Positions 60,262 to 64,000 of a DNA stretch of 64,000 bases are shown in pieces (positions within the stretch are counted from its first letter, which is position 1; every line of letters starts with the position of its first letter). The stretch is taken from assembly GCA_002189035.1 (NCBI GenBank), contig NEEC01000012.1, positions 1,860,001 through 1,924,000 of the forward strand, given 5' to 3'. A program made the position numbers and the translations under genes. This DNA comes from Utricularia gibba. Taxonomy: Eukaryota; Plantae; Magnoliophyta. The notes under the pieces were generated by a model, which was not told the DNA's origin, ran no database searches, and saw only the letters and a program-made list of their open reading frames with translations.

Positions 60262-61232
60262 TTAATTCTTGCCAGCAAGATCCTCTAAAGTAATATTCAA
60301 AGAATCAGCAGACCCCTTCTTAACTGTCTCCCCACGAGAAGCCAAAAACTCTTCAACACTTCCTGGATCCCCAAACCATCCCAGTCGATCAGCAATCAAA
60401 TGCAGATTGTTGCACCCATCACATCTTGCGATGACAATGCCTTTGTCGTACGATTCCCTGCAAGCTGTCTTAACTGATCGTGTATCACAAACTTTGCAGG
60501 TGAACACCATTACGAAATCATGCCTTTTAGACACCTTCAGCTTTGAATTTACTGCAGTCTCTATGCTTCCTGGAGTTGAAGCAGAACTCCCAGTTCCCGA
60601 TGCTGAGCTGCAGGTTCCGGCATCTGGTTCTCGGTGGGCAAGAGCAGTGTTGGATTCAGCAGGAGAGTGACATCTCCTTGTATACTGTCTATTGGTGTAA
60701 GGAAAATACGGTGACGAAGTACCAATCCATGAGATATCTGCAGCAGAAGATTTTCTCTAAAGTTTAAGGGAAAGTAATTGAAAGCGTTACTTGCATTTCA
60801 AATAAGTCTTAACCCTGCTAATTCCCGATACTCTAACATAAACCAGTGAACTTAGAGTGGACCTAAACTGTAACACTAACTGCCACAGCTCGAATGCACG
60901 CAATGATATAAAATAAGCCAAAATGAGCATATAAAATTCGATTCCATGAATCATGCTGATTTTCACTAAGCTTCATACATTTATCTCAGCTATAAATATT
61001 CAGAACCTTAAATTAACCCTAATGCAGATCAAATTGCATCCCCCAGTCCGTTCACTAAATCAAAATACAAACTTAACCAAACCCCAACTTCCGAAAAGGC
61101 AAACAAACCCATATATAAATTGCCATACAGACGTGTGACTTGTGAGAAAAGGATGCGACGTGGGTCACCTCTAGAAAGCCGAATTGGAGGAGATTTTGAA
61201 GCCAGGAGAGAGAGAACCCGACGAGCCGCCAT
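60262..61232 (-). CDS. DNL-type zinc finger protein (Zim17/Tim15/Hep1-like mitochondrial Hsp70 escort), 2 exons
   Basis: Presequence-like MAARRVLSLLASKSPPIRLSR splices in frame to ...RHDFVMVFTCKVCDTRSVKTACRESYDKGIVIARCDGCNNLHLIADRLGWFG...; zf-DNL CxxC..CxxC motif present. Confidence 0.93.
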
Positions 61233-62632
61233 CGGCTGATAAGCTGCTTTCTGAAGCGCTTTGCTCTGCCACGACCTCAAGTGTCTCAATTCATCGCTCT
61301 TTGTCTAAATGCAAATTAGGGCAGCGTAATGCACAAGAAATCAGTGGAAGAGGGGAGACTTGGCTTGGTACGTAGGTTCGGGTCGCCCGAGAGATTCAAA
61401 CCTTGCATAATGGACTACCGGGTTGGATATGTTACCCGAATCCTCACAAGCGAGATGCGGGCCATGGGCCGCGGATCATGCTTTCTAACCCTCAATTTAC
61501 GACGTCATTAAAATAATCAAATTTCAGTTTACTTTTTGCAATATTTAAATAAATTAGAAAAAAATGTTATTGGTCATTGTGGGATTATAGATTGCGGACA
61601 ACTGGTTTTCTGAAATTATTTTTTAATTATTGCATTTTCGATAAACTTTTATAATAACATATGTTTTTTTCAATTAAAATGAAATTTAACTAAAAAAGTA
61701 TTTAAATTATTTCCATTTAGATATATACATTATATAATTAAAATTTAAAGTATGTAAATATATAAGTTTGGATAAAATGGTAAAATTGGTAGTCATTATT
61801 AAGAAAAATGGAAAAATTAATCCTCATTTTTTAATGTTCATCCCATCGTTTAAAACTTATAGTGCAATTAATTCTCACTATTTTAAAATATTAGAAAAAT
61901 TGGTTGTTAAAAATTTAATATTCAATATTTGCTTAAATAGTTTGGTATTGGGCTAAACATGATTTTATTGATATTAGTTTGCAATAAAATCATTAGTTCA
62001 AGTATAAACTGAACTAGTAAAAAGTTCATGAAAAAAATATGTGGATTTGATTTTAGGATAAGGTGAATTTCAGCGATGAAGCAACATGTGAATCTTCTAG
62101 TGATATGAGGTTGTACGTAATGGTTTTGAGTAGATGATAATATGATGATAAGATTTATTGATTTTATGGTTAGTCATTGAAGTGAGTTATTTATCTTAGA
62201 TTAGATATTATCTCTTAAAATTGTAAATGTATTATTGATTCTTTATCTTACTTGTGAACGTTGTGTCAATCTATATTGATTGAGATCAATGGTGTATTAA
62301 AAAATTGATATTGGATTTTATGTAAGCCAAAGAAGTCTAGCTATCTGGGTGTATCATGATGAACAAATTATGTATTTCTTATTTTTTATATTCGTTAGCA
62401 TTATATATATATAAAATAAATAGTTTAATCCAACATCCGGAACATAACATAAAGTTCCAAACTTTTTAACATTTGAAAAATTTGTTCCTAATAAATATGT
62501 ATATTATTTATATTTATATATTTATTTACATTTTTTCTAATCAGAAATATTTTGGCATAGTATCATTGGGCCATACTCAATTACACTTGACAATGCCTAT
62601 CTAATAAACAATTATATTATAATATAACCATC

Positions 62633-64000
62633 TGATACGACCCTCCAATCAACAAGTGATTGGCAAACCAGATCTTGGTTGAAAAGAAACAATCCGTCGA
62701 GAAAAAAGAAGTTGGCCCTCAAGGATTAAAAGATCCTTGCAACCCAAACTATGAAATGGTACCACACTCACAGAATTAAGGAATAAATTGGGAGTGATAA
62801 ACCACACACTAGACACCACAAGTAAGGCTTGATAAGTCTAAGTTCTACAAGAACTCAAGGAAGGAGAATTTGCTCTCAAAAGTGATTATAATCAAAGTTG
62901 TCCAAAACAAGAGTAAGGCCCTTCTTATATAGCTGAAGGATTGGGCATTATTGGAGGCAAAGTAGTCATAATAATGTATTTGGTCGTAATGGGCATTCTC
63001 TAATCAAGTTGATCCACTTTCATAATGTTGAATTCCATCCCAAACACCTCATAGCTTGGGTGATTGGCCCATAAGCTCTTAAGCACTTCTTGATTCCTTA
63101 TTGCTCTTGATCTAGTGATTGGCCCAACTGAAATCAATGAAGAATTATTGATCTTGTGTCCTTTGTCTTCATTGGAATAATCAGTAGCATCCATGATCTC
63201 ATCATCCCCCCCCCCTTCTTTTAGCAGATTCATCCTTGAATCGTCACTATCTACATCACAAGGAACCAAGTCAGCAATATTGAATGTGGAATGCACCGAA
63301 AACTCACCTGGAAGATCAATCTTATATGCATTATCATTGATTTTCTCAATGACTTGAAAGAGTCCATCTCCTCTAGGTAAAAGCTTTGAATGTCTATTGC
63401 TTGGAAATCTTTCCTTTCGAAAATGTACTCAAACCCAATCTCCTGGTTGTAGAGTAACTTTCTTCCTATGCTTATTTGCTTTAGCTGCATACTCCTTGTT
63501 TTTGGCTTCCAATTGATTTCGAACCTTCTCATGTAGTGTTCTGATGGCTTCTGCTCTCTTAGCACCATCAAAACTACAAAATTCATCAGATGGCAAGGGC
63601 AACAAATCTATAGGAGCACAAGGATTAAAACCATACACAATTTCAAAAGGAGAACAACGAGTAGAAGAGTGTATTGCTCTATTGTATGCAAACTCAACAT
63701 GAGGTAAGCAATCTTCCCATGTTCTAATGTTTTTTTGATGATGGCACGAAGTAGGGTAGCTAGGGTTTGGTTTGTTACCTCGTTTTGTCCATCAGTTTGA
63801 GGATGACAAGTGGTAGAGAAAAGAAGCTTTGTTCCCAACTTACTCCAAAGTGTACGCCAAAAGTGGCTAAGAAACTTCGTGTCACGATCACTTACAATGG
63901 TAAGTGGCATACCATGAAGCCTAACAATCTCCCTGAAGAATAAATCAGCAACATGCGAAGCATCATCAGTCTTGTGACAAGGAATGAAATGTGCCATCTT
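62633..64000 (-). mobile_element. Ty3/gypsy chromovirus, CRM lineage: integrase, post-integrase region, PPT and 3' LTR (62633-63204); continues off the right edge
   Basis: [67 protein letters not shown]; KLLPRGDG; STFNIADL; PPT gaagggggggg followed by TGATGAG; the frame continues into the LTR with GPITRSRA; LTR ends TCGTATCA. Confidence 0.92.

Noticed and set aside
1-64000. tRNA, rRNA, snoRNA, MIRNA or CRISPR features
   Set aside because: None recognisable by eye; tRNAscan-SE or Infernal would be needed to exclude small RNA genes.

Overview
Compact, gene-dense eudicot nuclear DNA with short introns; the asterid/Lamiales affinity is a guess from the GDSL clade. The left 37 kb holds ordinary genes: VPS34 (partial), a small RING-H2 gene, ABC1K7, a SAM-domain gene, a RING-HC gene, TAM41, CHR8/CSB and exportin-4. 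The main discovery target is 37.7-59.9 kb: five copies (A-E) of a secreted acetylajmalan-esterase-like GDSL/SGNH gene. The four copies that keep their 5' end all read GDG instead of the catalytic GDS, and all five have Arg at the block-II Gly, while Asn and Asp-x-x-His are kept. Copies B-E lie in a near-identical 5,352-bp inverted repeat (43255-48606 / 54547-59898) with a 5.9-kb spacer. The inner edge of identity falls exactly on the target-site duplication of an old Mutator-like element present beside only one arm, which points to arm-to-arm conversion or template switching. Copy A is 5'-truncated by a copia element. A DNL zinc-finger gene and the 3' part of a CRM-type gypsy element close the window. 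All four frameshifts I found in otherwise intact genes are G5/C5 runs read as G4/C4, so they may be consensus errors. Coordinates and alignments were made by eye.
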